From contig JBBCAV010000229.1 of assembly GCA_051382305.1 (NCBI GenBank), positions 1 to 46,343 on the forward strand: DNA of 46,343 nt, given 5' to 3'. Position numbers and translations under genes: made by a program. The stretch comes from Bdellovibrionota bacterium FG-2. GTDB taxonomy: Bacteria > Bdellovibrionota > UBA1018. Below the pieces are notes generated by a model that saw nothing but the letters and a program-made list of their open reading frames with translations, made no database searches and had not been told where the DNA came from. Below, piece by piece: positions 18,487 through 27,822 of the stretch (the first letter of the stretch is position 1; each line of letters starts with the position of its first letter).

Positions 18487-19734
18487 ATGACACAACAGTT
18501 TTACAAGTACATCGTCATAGGCGCCGGTTTAGCCGGTGCTTCTGCTATTGAAGGAATTCGCGAAGTCGATCCCGATGGGTCAATCCTGCTACTCGGATCC
18601 GAAAAACACCCCCCTTACCATCGTCCTCCGCTTTCAAAACAGCTCTGGCCAAATAGATCGCCAAATAAATCGAATGAAAAATCAAAACTTGCCGACATCT
18701 TTATCTTCAATAAGGACTACTTCCTTAAAAACAAAATTCATTGGAAATTTGGAACTCGCGCCCTCAGCATTGATCGCGAAAAAAAGTCACTCACCGATAA
18801 CTTTTCAACTACCTACCACTACCACAAACTTCTTCTCACCACGGGGGGCGAGCCTCGAGTTTTAGACGTGCCCGGCGGAAACCTCTCGAGCCTCTGCTAT
18901 TTTCGCACACTCGATGACTTCACCCACCTCTTTAAAGAAGCGCAACACGGAAAGAATGTGCTCGTAGTCGGCGGTGGCCTCTTGGGATGTGAACTCGCCG
19001 AAGCCCTAACAAACAATGGGCTCGAGGTTACAATGCTCTTTCCCGAATCCACACTTTGCGCCAAAGTGTTTCCTGAGGACCTCGGCAGGTCGTTACTTCA
19101 AAGATTTCGAGAGCATGGGATTCACATTTGCACGGAAGATCGCGCCATAAGTTTTGAGAAAAAGAAAGATAACCATATCCTGACCCGGACCTTCTCTGAT
19201 CGGGAACTCTTATCCGATTTGGTTGTCGTCAGCGCGGGAATTAGTCCCGAAGATGCGCTCGGAAAAACTGCCGGTCTTCTCGCCACCCATGGATACGACG
19301 TAAACGAATCAGGCCAAACCTCGGATCCAGATATTTACGCCGCGGGAGACTGCTGCAACTTCCCGTGTGCAGCCCTCAACGAGTGCTTGCGATTTGAACA
19401 TTGGGAACACGCGAAGAATCAAGGAAAACTTATCGGCCGAAACGCCGCAATGCCTGCACCAGAAATTATGGCGCCCGTTGCAGATTCCCAAGCCTACACG
19501 ACGCTGCCTTCTTTCTCCACAACCCTCTGCGGAGTTCATTTTGAATGTATCGGAGACCTCGAAACACATCTCGTGACAACCGCTGAGTGGGATGTTGAAT
19601 ATGAACGTGGAATTCTCTACTATTTAGGCGATGGGAAAATACGTGGTGTAATTACCTGCAATATCGCCAACAAGATGAACTGGGCTCGGGAACTGATTAC
19701 AACTCAAAAAGAACTACGTTATAAAGCGAGCTAA
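18487..19734 (+). CDS. FAD/NAD(P)-dependent oxidoreductase (ferredoxin reductase / AIF-like)
   Basis: IGAGLAG, PYHRPPLSK, VVGGGLLGCE, TSDPDIYAAGD, RFEHWEHA. Confidence 0.9.
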   Translation: MTQQFYKYIVIGAGLAGASAIEGIREVDPDGSILLLGSEKHPPYHRPPLSKQLWPNRSPNKSNEKSKLADIFIFNKDYFLKNKIHWKFGTRALSIDREKKSLTDNFSTTYHYHKLLLTTGGEPRVLDVPGGNLSSLCYFRTLDDFTHLFKEAQHGKNVLVVGGGLLGCELAEALTNNGLEVTMLFPESTLCAKVFPEDLGRSLLQRFREHGIHICTEDRAISFEKKKDNHILTRTFSDRELLSDLVVVSAGISPEDALGKTAGLLATHGYDVNESGQTSDPDIYAAGDCCNFPCAALNECLRFEHWEHAKNQGKLIGRNAAMPAPEIMAPVADSQAYTTLPSFSTTLCGVHFECIGDLETHLVTTAEWDVEYERGILYYLGDGKIRGVITCNIANKMNWARELITTQKELRYKAS

Positions 19735-20243
19735 AATTCATCCCGTTTGAGATACTTCTCAAGCCTTTCGGCGTCGACGCGAGCCCCGTAACCGGTACCG
19801 CTCCAAAGGGTGCTTTGATAACCGTTTTTTCGAACCTTCTGATGAATAATCTCTCCCTCAATAATCGCATTCAAACCCTGATCGGCCGCCAGGAAACCGA
19901 GGCGTAGGATCGTCTCATTTCGATCTACACATTTTTCAACTCGCAATTTATCTTTCGTCCGCTCCAACAAATGAATCGCTGCCCGCTGAGTAATAAAAAA
20001 GAAGAAAACCGCCTTCGCGCGCTCCATCACCTCATGGTACAACTCTAGTGCAGGAGCAACATGAGTATCAAAACAAGTACCACAATACCGTGTCTTGGTG
20101 AGAACTTCAGGAATATCTTTCCTAAACGAAAAGCTATCCTCAGCTAAGAATTGAACGCAGTCCTTGCACACGCTTGCGTCGCAGACCTCGCATTTCGCTA
20201 AGTTCTTTGATCTCCGACAAATTGTACACGTAGCTGCGTCCAT
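19731..20243 (-). CDS. Zinc-finger protein with a YbjQ-like C-terminal domain
   Basis: Four CxxC pairs, then L...A...G.NAII...WSGTG. Confidence 0.7.
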   Translation of the reverse strand: MDAATCTICRRSKNLAKCEVCDASVCKDCVQFLAEDSFSFRKDIPEVLTKTRYCGTCFDTHVAPALELYHEVMERAKAVFFFFITQRAAIHLLERTKDKLRVEKCVDRNETILRLGFLAADQGLNAIIEGEIIHQKVRKNGYQSTLWSGTGYGARVDAERLEKYLKRDEF

Positions 20244-20264
20244 CTTAGGCCAACGCTATCTCAT

Positions 20265-22523
20265 TTATGAGCGACTCCGCAAGGTCAAGCACTCTTGCTG
20301 AATCATTTGCCGAGCAGCTTCCTGCTCGATCGCCGCTTCGAAGGGCCATTCGGAGGTCATTTCGCCTAAATTCTTCCCCAAAAGTTGATTTAGGACCTCG
20401 CACCCCTGGGCTGAATTGACATTTCTAAGTGAATCTCGTTCAACGAGAAACATTCCGTAGAAGTACCAGTTTCCGGCGTGGCTCCGATCAAGTTCAAGAC
20501 TCTTTTTTGTCGTTTCTACAGCTCTAGCCTCCCAAAAATAGAGCTCGATCGCACCCTGCGTGTACTGCAACAATCCCTTGATTCTCAGCGCTCCAAACCC
20601 ATCCAACCTTTCCCCAGGGAGGTTGTCTTTTGTATTGCGATCAGACGCATCCCCCAAAAGACTCTCGATCTCCTGAATGTAGCCTGGCAATTGGATCTCA
20701 AGCTTAGATCTCACTGCAATCTTCGAAGTAGCCAGGGCCTCATAGTAGTAACTCTCTGCCTGCTCGGGACTCAGGCTCTGCGCCTTTTGGGCCAACAGTT
20801 TCGCAAGCCAATAGAACTTCATTTGCGTTTTGAGTTCCGAATTCAAGAATGATTGCCCCTTGCCGATCAGCGCTCGAGCCAAATTGAAAAGTGCCTCGTA
20901 CTGAACCCCTCCTTCTTCATCGTCCTGGCCTTCAGCAAACGTCACGGCCAAACTCAAATTTTTGAGCGCTTCGCCCAAATTGGCCCCGCCGGAAGGTGAG
21001 GCAAGTATCTCATGGGCGCGCGAAAGATGGCGCTTCGCCCGCTCAAGCCCCTTCCAATTCGCGCCCGGAAGCGCATCAACTGTGCCAGCAGGAGTGAGAA
21101 GTACACTTTCGGAATTTGGAAAAAGGTACGCCAAATCTTTATTAGGCAAATTCAGTTTCAACAGGACCGGGCCAGCCTCGAGAACGCTCTTTTCCGTTTT
21201 CATTTTAAAACTCCACATCGGGTAAGATGAATTGTCCACAGGGGCGCAATTGGCCAAAACGTCAACGTTCGCCTCGTATTTCGCCTGGAGAGTGTCCTCA
21301 ATAAATTCTGTCGTGAAGGCTTCTTCATCATACAAACCGTAGCGCTGTGTCTCTCCGGGGCTAATGGCGTTAGGGCGCTCACTTGCACTATAGAGGCCAC
21401 CCTGTTTTTTGAGGGGAATAAGCTTGAAATTCCGCTCGCGTTTTTCAACCCAACTCTCATGCTCGGTAGCGCTCGTACAAAGCGTATAATCACTCCATGG
21501 CACATGAGAGGTAAAAGAACGTTCAATGACTCCAGAAATCTCCACAGGAACCTCAAAATCCAGGGCTACTTGCGAATGATTTGTGAGTTCGATCACCTTC
21601 AACAGTTTTAACGAAGTAGTCCCACCGTGAACCGAAGCATCTCCTTGAAGAATTTGAGGAGCCGACTCAGGGGCAAATGCGGAGTACTGCCGAGACGCTA
21701 GTTTAAGCGGCGTTGTTTGAAAATCGAGCTGCAAGGATAGGATCTCCTCTCCATCCGGATCATCTTTAAAACTCAGGAGAAGTTGGATCGTCTGTTTTTG
21801 ATCATTATAGATAATTCGCTCCAGGTGCGAGACATTCAATGCGATCCGCGTAATTCCATCCTTATACTGAGGCTGAACCGGTAGTTTTTCGAAGTGGATG
21901 AGGAGAGGGTGAAAGGGAATGTTATCGGTCGAACCCTTAAACTCCATGAAGAGCTCCCCATTTGTTTTTAGCTTGCCGGGGATATCAAACACCATCGCAA
22001 GTTCATTCGCGGGACGCATCGGCAACACAATCGGAGCCGTGAAAGAATAGGCCGCAGCTGCTTCGCCTACGGTTTCGATCGCACCCAGCGCCTTTAATGG
22101 ACGATCAATTTGCTTGATTTCCCCTCGTGCATTCGTCCATGCGACCCATGATTTTCCGAAATTGTCTTTTTGTGCAGGAGCTGCAGAAGGGGGATTCTCC
22201 CGAGGCGTCGGGCTTGCCAATGGCCGAACCAGTGGCACCGAAAGAGAGGGGAGGGCGACGTTCTCTGACGGCTCTAACTGCTGGGGCATCGCTTTTTCAA
22301 TAACTGGAACTGAGGTCTGTTGATCGGGCTGTGGCTCAGTCTGTTTTTCTGGGACCCCGCCAGTTTCTTCAGGCACCAAGGCCGTTGGAAGCAGTGAAGG
22401 TTCTGCCAGAGGCACCGAAGCTTCGGTCGAGGCCTCCTGGGGAACTCTCTTTGAGCCCCCTTGCAGAGAGCAACCCTGGAACACAAAAAGAACCGCCAAC
22501 AAAATAAGACTACGAATCGTCAT
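20265..22523 (-). CDS. Large lipoprotein with a C-terminal TPR-like helical region
   Basis: ATG 22523 after AAGGAG; lipobox FQGC; Pro-rich linker; beta-rich middle; TPR-like C-terminus. Confidence 0.8.
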   Translation of the reverse strand: MTIRSLILLAVLFVFQGCSLQGGSKRVPQEASTEASVPLAEPSLLPTALVPEETGGVPEKQTEPQPDQQTSVPVIEKAMPQQLEPSENVALPSLSVPLVRPLASPTPRENPPSAAPAQKDNFGKSWVAWTNARGEIKQIDRPLKALGAIETVGEAAAAYSFTAPIVLPMRPANELAMVFDIPGKLKTNGELFMEFKGSTDNIPFHPLLIHFEKLPVQPQYKDGITRIALNVSHLERIIYNDQKQTIQLLLSFKDDPDGEEILSLQLDFQTTPLKLASRQYSAFAPESAPQILQGDASVHGGTTSLKLLKVIELTNHSQVALDFEVPVEISGVIERSFTSHVPWSDYTLCTSATEHESWVEKRERNFKLIPLKKQGGLYSASERPNAISPGETQRYGLYDEEAFTTEFIEDTLQAKYEANVDVLANCAPVDNSSYPMWSFKMKTEKSVLEAGPVLLKLNLPNKDLAYLFPNSESVLLTPAGTVDALPGANWKGLERAKRHLSRAHEILASPSGGANLGEALKNLSLAVTFAEGQDDEEGGVQYEALFNLARALIGKGQSFLNSELKTQMKFYWLAKLLAQKAQSLSPEQAESYYYEALATSKIAVRSKLEIQLPGYIQEIESLLGDASDRNTKDNLPGERLDGFGALRIKGLLQYTQGAIELYFWEARAVETTKKSLELDRSHAGNWYFYGMFLVERDSLRNVNSAQGCEVLNQLLGKNLGEMTSEWPFEAAIEQEAARQMIQQECLTLRSRS

Positions 22524-22558
22524 AAAATCTCCTTTCAACGAGTTTTGCGTCGCTCTTT

Positions 22559-22574
22559 TGCAAAAAAAGATCCG
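22559..22574 (-). promoter_or_regulatory. Possible sigma54 promoter
   Basis: Minus strand CGGATC-TTTTT-TTGCA, GG-N10-GC, 36 nt upstream of ATG 22523. Confidence 0.35.
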
Positions 22575-22713
22575 ACCCCATGGCCCTCATTAGAAAGGAG
22601 AAAAAACACTGCTATTTCAAACACAACCTCGTTCTGACATTCGCAAACGAAACACTTTCGAACTTTCTATCGTAGGGAAGCCCCCACAAAGACTGAGGAT
22701 AAACCTACAAAAC

Positions 22714-23920
22714 CTAAGGCGCAATCTCAGCCGTAACCGCTTGCACAGGCTCCGGAGCGCCCCATCGTTTTTCGCGAGAAGCATTGGATTCACTCGAAGC
22801 CTCGCCACTCAGTAATTTGCGACGAAACTCAGGGAGCGTCAGTTTTTCTTTTTCGGAAGATCCAAAACGGATTTCACAACTCTGCAGTTCCTGCTCTACA
22901 AGGGCCAGGTTTACCAGGGTACGAAACTTCTTACGAAGTGAATCAAATCGATTCGCAAACTGCTTGTCACGAAGGGGAGTTGAAAACTTATTGTAAATAC
23001 TCGACCCGTTTTTCATGACATAGATTGGATCTTTTTGGCGCTGGGTTTCGAGATACTCCAAAGACTCATCAACCCAATCTAGCCGCTCACGGGCGCTCAT
23101 GCAAAGGTCCAAGGCTTCTTGCTTAAGCTCTACCGTTGCATCCACCTTGCTGCCCGAAACAGACTCCATAATTCGGTACAAGAATGAGTCACGCAAAATC
23201 GCAGGATTCGCTGTAAAATTCTTCTGGTATTGGCCCAAGGCACTAAACCGAGAATCTTCGATTTCAAAATGATTTTCTAAGCCACTCAGATCGTGCTTCG
23301 CCCAACGCAAGGCCATGAACCCACTTGAACCTGAAGGTTGTAAGGCGATATTGGGGGCACGCTCAATCAGAGTGCGTGTTCCGTTGTCATTCTTGGCAAA
23401 AAGAAAACTCATCACGGCTGTATTCGCATCTTGACTCTTAATCATCATCGCGGTGGGCTTTGCTTCAGGATTGGTGAAGCTTCGATATTCCAAATAAAAG
23501 GCCCCAGGCTGAATGGCGCCCGCGCTCGGAGCTAGCGGAAAACTATCCATGGCAAGCGAATCAAAAGACATTCCCAACCGAACACTCTTCAAGAAGGCCA
23601 CTAAGCGCGCGTCACCCTCGGCTTCGCCATCAAAAGCCACCGAAAGGTTTGAGATAAACTTCCGCGAATCTGCGCGACTTCTTACCAAAAAGGGCACGGG
23701 CGAGATAAGGAATTTGTTCCTGACTCACCGGCATCGCAAGAGCGTTACCCGGTTTTTGCGCAAACGTATCCGCGCGAAACTCGTCTTGCACCCAAGTCGA
23801 AAACTGCTTCTCAAGCTCTAGCGACCACGTTTGGGTGTTTTCCCAAACTGCTGCATGAGAACCGGCACTCATTAGACCACTGGCGAGAGCTCCAATTGCG
23901 AAAAGACGACGATTGAACAT
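22714..23920 (-). pseudogene. Secreted Bdellovibrio-type hypothetical protein split by a frameshift
   Basis: ORF 23630..23920 supplies the signal peptide and AVWENTQTW...YLARALF. ORF 22714..23697 continues in the +1 frame as PFLV...DSFPL...PGAFYL...STPLRD...KRWG. The frames cross at 23687-23696. Confidence 0.75.
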
Positions 23921-24020
23921 ATGATATTCTAATTATAAAGCTCCTATTGCGGCGCATATAACGCAGCACGCCATAAAATGCAAGCGGCTTTTTTGAGAAA
24001 TCCGCCTCGGGAAATGTGTC

Positions 24021-24812
24021 ATGATAGAAGACGTAATGAATGACTTCGGAAAAACTATTTTGGGCACAATCGCCATTAGCCTCGCAGCGGGAGTCATCAC
24101 GGTAATACTCTTGCTCGACCATCAGAAACCAAACATGCCTTCAAACACTGCCCAAGAATCCCCTCTCCCAACCCACACTCAAACGCCCGATACACCCGAG
24201 TCGCCCAAGGCACCAGATCCTAAGGAGTCCCGCCCTATTCAAACGCCTCAAACGCCCGTTCAAAACCCACAATGCCTCCACAGAGCCTTTCCAGGAATCT
24301 CCGCAACCGCGACTTCCCTGAGTCTTAGCGACCTTGTAAAACAAACGGCGCCAATCCCTGAAAAGATTTCGCTCACAATCGAGGTCAAGGCTGAGAATCA
24401 CCGGCAAAAACAACTATGGGTAGCGGAGCTCAAACCCAAGCCGCGACCCGCGCCTCTCCTAGAGGGCTCAGAAACCATCGAGCCAGAAAGCGAAAGCGCT
24501 CGAAATTCTCCTATCCTCATCCAGGCCTTCGACCTCACCATAGAGGAAAGACCTGCGCCCATCGCTGCGCAGAGCGCACAAAACATTTTGGATGTTTTCG
24601 CCCAGCTCCCCAAAGAAACCACAATTCAAATTGACGAGCGCATTTTTCGAACAATCGGCCCGGAAGGAACAACGATAATTCTAAGGAACGGACAAATCGA
24701 ACACCTTATACTTCCCCCAGACTTTAGAAGCCGCTGTGAAACACGTCCGGACCTCCAGACACTTGAAAGTTCAAAAGAAATTCTGCCCCTCATCTGCGAG
24801 TGCGACTCGTGA
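24021..24812 (+). CDS. Membrane-anchored hypothetical protein
   Basis: Single N-terminal TM helix, Pro/Thr-rich linker, 263 aa. Confidence 0.7.
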   Translation: MIEDVMNDFGKTILGTIAISLAAGVITVILLLDHQKPNMPSNTAQESPLPTHTQTPDTPESPKAPDPKESRPIQTPQTPVQNPQCLHRAFPGISATATSLSLSDLVKQTAPIPEKISLTIEVKAENHRQKQLWVAELKPKPRPAPLLEGSETIEPESESARNSPILIQAFDLTIEERPAPIAAQSAQNILDVFAQLPKETTIQIDERIFRTIGPEGTTIILRNGQIEHLILPPDFRSRCETRPDLQTLESSKEILPLICECDS

Positions 24813-24829
24813 AGATTAGAGAAACAGGA

Positions 24830-25004
24830 GGGGCGTGTCTAATCATAAGCGGAATCGCTTTCCTTTCCTTGCCGAACCCGTGGTTCAGGAACTTCCCATT
24901 TTGGATCTCTGGCCTCAACAAGATAGAGGCTAACTGCGAAGATCTGGAAACTCTACGGAAAACCTTTTTTCATCTTGATAAATCTTGGCCTGGTATCGAA
25001 TCAT
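24830..25004 (-). pseudogene. hicB: HicB antitoxin remnant
   Basis: Three successive pieces separated by frame changes: MIRYQAKIYQDEKRFSVEFPDL (25004-24939), AVSLYLVEARDPKWEVPEPRVRQGK, and AIPLMIRHA (24858-24832). Confidence 0.8.
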
Positions 25005-25057
25005 AGCAATTTCTCTCCTGTTTGCTTTTCAATAGCCCGAATTAAGCCCCGTCCTAG
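25001..25057 (-). pseudogene. hicA: HicA toxin C-terminal remnant
   Basis: LGRGLIRAIEKQTGEKLL*, with an ATGA overlap to the hicB start. Confidence 0.7.
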
Positions 25058-25192
25058 GCCAAAGCAGGTATTTTTGTCGTATTTGCCTCATGCTCACCGG
25101 AGGTACCCCTTTTGATCCAAGGTACGCGTCCGTTCGATAGCACGTCCGGCCTAATAGGATCAAAGGGACCGAATCATTAGTCAAATGGCCAT

Positions 25193-25525
25193 TTAGGCCG
25201 CAATCAGATCAAGCTTTAGGTTTGGATATAAAACCTGGGCGTATCCCACGAGCCGATCAAGCGTAAAACTTTCGATTTTGTAATGCAGGATCTCGCTCAT
25301 TCTGGCCTCGTCGATTCCAAGATGCTCGGCGAGAGCTTTCTGTTTGAGTCCAGACTTGTGTCGATATTTGATAATCAGCTCACACGCTTTATATTTAGTG
25401 CGATCCAATTCAGAGGCGTCTTTCGGCAGTAATGAACTTCCTAAAACGCTGGGGTCAGATAAACGTTTCGCAACCTCTCCTAATCGCTTTGGAGTTGGAA
25501 AATCACTATCATGGCGTTTTTTCAT
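25193..25525 (-). CDS. XRE-family HTH antitoxin-like regulator
   Basis: GLKQKALAEHLGIDEARMSEILHYKIESFTLDRL; overlaps the stop of the upstream gene. Confidence 0.88.
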   Translation of the reverse strand: MKKRHDSDFPTPKRLGEVAKRLSDPSVLGSSLLPKDASELDRTKYKACELIIKYRHKSGLKQKALAEHLGIDEARMSEILHYKIESFTLDRLVGYAQVLYPNLKLDLIAA

Positions 25526-25791
25526 ATTTTAGGCCTCCGATAAGCATTGATGACCCTGATGTATAGAGTGTCATTTTTGAGCAGCCAGATTAGGCGATAG
25601 TTCTTCCCTTCGTGTTCGATGGGCTCAGTCTTATAATATTTGTATTCATCATCTTCGTCATCGGGATCGAAAGTTCCTCCGTCGATTTTTTGAACTAAGG
25701 CCAAGGTAATCTCATCGTTGACTGATTCTGCGTGTTTGGCTTCGTAATCATTCACCACGAGCCGCACTGGGTATCGTCGCCTTTGTTCCAC
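25522..25791 (-). CDS. Putative RelE/BrnT-fold toxin, possibly with a short in-frame deletion
   Basis: Small gene coupled upstream of the XRE gene; YRLIWLL...IRVINAYRR C-terminus. Confidence 0.65.
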   Translation of the reverse strand: MEQRRRYPVRLVVNDYEAKHAESVNDEITLALVQKIDGGTFDPDDEDDEYKYYKTEPIEHEGKNYRLIWLLKNDTLYIRVINAYRRPKI

Positions 25792-25796
25792 ATCTT

Positions 25797-25827
25797 ATTA
25801 TCCGCTATACTTGCCATAAAAAGCAAG
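25797..25827 (-). promoter_or_regulatory. Promoter/operator of the toxin-XRE pair
   Basis: Minus strand TTGCTT-N18-GATAAT five nt before GTG 25791 (leaderless-like); palindrome CTTGC-N8-GCAAG (25810-25827) over the -35. Confidence 0.5.
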
Positions 25828-25832
25828 AAAGA

Positions 25833-26012
25833 TCTGCATACCTATACTCACCGAAACTGACCGAATCCAAATGCAAAAAATTCGAAATAAGAAAAATTGC
25901 TAGCCGCCTTTTTAATGGGGATAGTTTTGAACTTGCCGTCAATCTCATCAAATACGAAACACTGAGTAGCTCTCAGGTCAATGAACTCAAGAAGATCTTA
26001 GGTGAATTATGA
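25833..26012 (+). pseudogene. blaI: BlaI/MecI/CopY repressor, C-terminal half only
   Basis: Not in the ORF track: SAYLYSPKLTESKCKKFEIRKIASRLFNGDSFELAVNLIKYETLSSSQVNELKKILGEL*. Confidence 0.8.
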
Positions 26013-26312
26013 ATAGCACGGTCTCACTTTGGACAGGATGGATAGCCACCGAAATTATTTATCCCATTTTATTTTGGGTTGGATACTAGGATCATTTGTC
26101 GATCTTCTCTGAGTTCATCAGATCGCTTTTTATTTCTAAAGCTCTTCATCGTTTCGTCCCAAGGGTTACCCTTGCTATCCTATTTTAATTCGGCGTTTCA
26201 ACTGGATTTGGCGCCAATTTCGCCAGTTGCATCTACACTTTCGTCGGAGAGTTTATTGAATAAAACGGGTTTAAGTACTTTTACTCAGTTTCAGAATTCT
26301 TTCGTAGGGTAG
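26009..26312 (+). pseudogene. BlaR1/M56 peptidase N-terminal remnant
   Basis: ATGA overlap with blaI. Reads MNSTVSLWTGWIATEIIYPILFWVGY, then after one extra base RIICRSSLSSSDRFLFLKLFIVSSQGLPLL; no HEXXH domain follows. Confidence 0.6.
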
Positions 26313-26452
26313 CAAATACATTTTACAGTCAAATAATTGACTCTAAGCCGAGCCCTTTTATCGCACTTTTCCTTCCTCCCTTTTCTGGCTTTCTTTTTCG
26401 AAAAACTCTTCATAGAATAGTCGAGCAGGCTGCAACTGCCTTTGGAGGAACT

Positions 26453-26854
26453 ATGGATTCTATAAATGATTCGATGAACAGAGAAACCCCGAATAAGAAC
26501 ACCCATGCAAACACGACGCAAACGCACACCAGCGCACGTTTTCTGACCTTCACGGTTCGGGGAAAACAATATGCGACACCGCTGCTTAGGGTTTTACAGA
26601 TCACGGCCCTTTCCTCAAATCCAAATACTCAAAATACCAAGACACCGCCCACCCATTTCAATCATCGCGGAAAAGACCTGAAAGTCATCAACCTTGGTGT
26701 AACGCAAATCACTCGAGAAACCGCCCTAATTGCACTTGAGTCCAACACGAACGCCTGCGCAATCCTCGTGGACTCCGTTGATGACATTGTTGCGCAAAAT
26801 GCCGTCCAAAATGCGGCGAACAACATTTCAATTTTTGATTCAGACAAGATCTAA
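26453..26854 (+). CDS. Divergent CheW-like protein
   Basis: RFLTFTVRGKQYATPLLRVLQI, NHRGKDLKVINL, AILVDSVDDIV; GGAGG RBS. Confidence 0.75.
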   Translation: MDSINDSMNRETPNKNTHANTTQTHTSARFLTFTVRGKQYATPLLRVLQITALSSNPNTQNTKTPPTHFNHRGKDLKVINLGVTQITRETALIALESNTNACAILVDSVDDIVAQNAVQNAANNISIFDSDKI

Positions 26855-26875
26855 ACTCGACGTGCATCACTAGAA

Positions 26876-27791
26876 ATGCCCATCCTCGTTGCAGCGTTAG
26901 GGTATTTCGTCGACATTTACGATCTTGTCCTCTTTAGCATTGTCCGCGTTCCTAGCCTCAAAGCCTTAGGCCTTCAAGGACAAGAACTTGTTGATACGGA
27001 AGTCATGCGTCTCAGGGGCAATTCTAGCCAATCTCGTGGCCGGCCACTTTGAATGGCGGAATGCGTATCTTATTGGCGGGGGTTTAGGCCTGCTCCTTCT
27101 TTTCTTGCGTGTGAGTGTTCATGAATCAACGATGTTCGCGCGCCTCGAGAAACAGGGTGCGAGCAAAGGGAATTTCTTGGCGCTTTGCACCCAAAAAAGA
27201 CACCTCTCAAAGTATCTCAAATCTATTTTTGTCGGCATTCCTATTTGGTTTGTCGTGGGTATTCTCATCACTTTTTCTCCCGAATTTGCTACAGCGCTTG
27301 CCATCACTGGCCCCGTGTCAGCGGGCAACGCCATCATGTATTGCTACCTAGGGCTCGTGCTGGGGGATTTCGCAAGCGGGCTATTGAGTCAACTACTCAA
27401 AAGCCGACGCAAGGTCCTCTTTACTTTTCTGACCCTCACCACAGTCGGCATGCTTGCCTACTTTAATTTTTTACATGGCGGTTCTCCGTCACAGTTTTAC
27501 TTCGTGTGCTGTTTTCTGGGATTTTCGGCCGGCTATTGGGCCATCTTTGTCACCATCGCCGCAGAGCAGTTCGGAACCAACCTTCGAGCCACCGTTGCTA
27601 CGACTGCTCCAAACTTCGTTCGCGGTCTGGTGGTGCCCATGACGCTTGCGTTTCAATTCGGAAAGCATTCGTGGGGCATCCTTGAGGGTGGGGCCTGGGT
27701 GGGAGCTGTTACCGGGAGCGTGGCTTTTCTGTGTGCGGTCTTCATCGAAGAAACTTTCGAAAAAAACCTCGATTTTATTGAAGAGACTTGA
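26876..27791 (+). pseudogene. MFS transporter with a large internal deletion and frameshift
   Basis: From ATG 26876: MPILVAALGYFVDIYDLVLFSIVRVPSLKALGLQGQELVDT (TM1). The frame changes near 27005 to VSGAILANLVAGHFEWRNAY...AEQFGTNLRAT. Motif A and about TM2-TM5 are missing. Confidence 0.85.
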
Positions 27792-27822
27792 ATCCGACTC
27801 AAAGTCTGACTAAGGTCTGGGA

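Noticed and set aside
4590..23700. Programmed ribosomal frameshifting as a common cause of the split genes
   Set aside because: There are no canonical X XXY YYZ sites or shared stimulators, the shift directions differ, and several junctions appear to lack sequence.
24800..25006. Plus-strand 68 aa ORF
   Set aside because: The opposite strand carries the hicB remnant.
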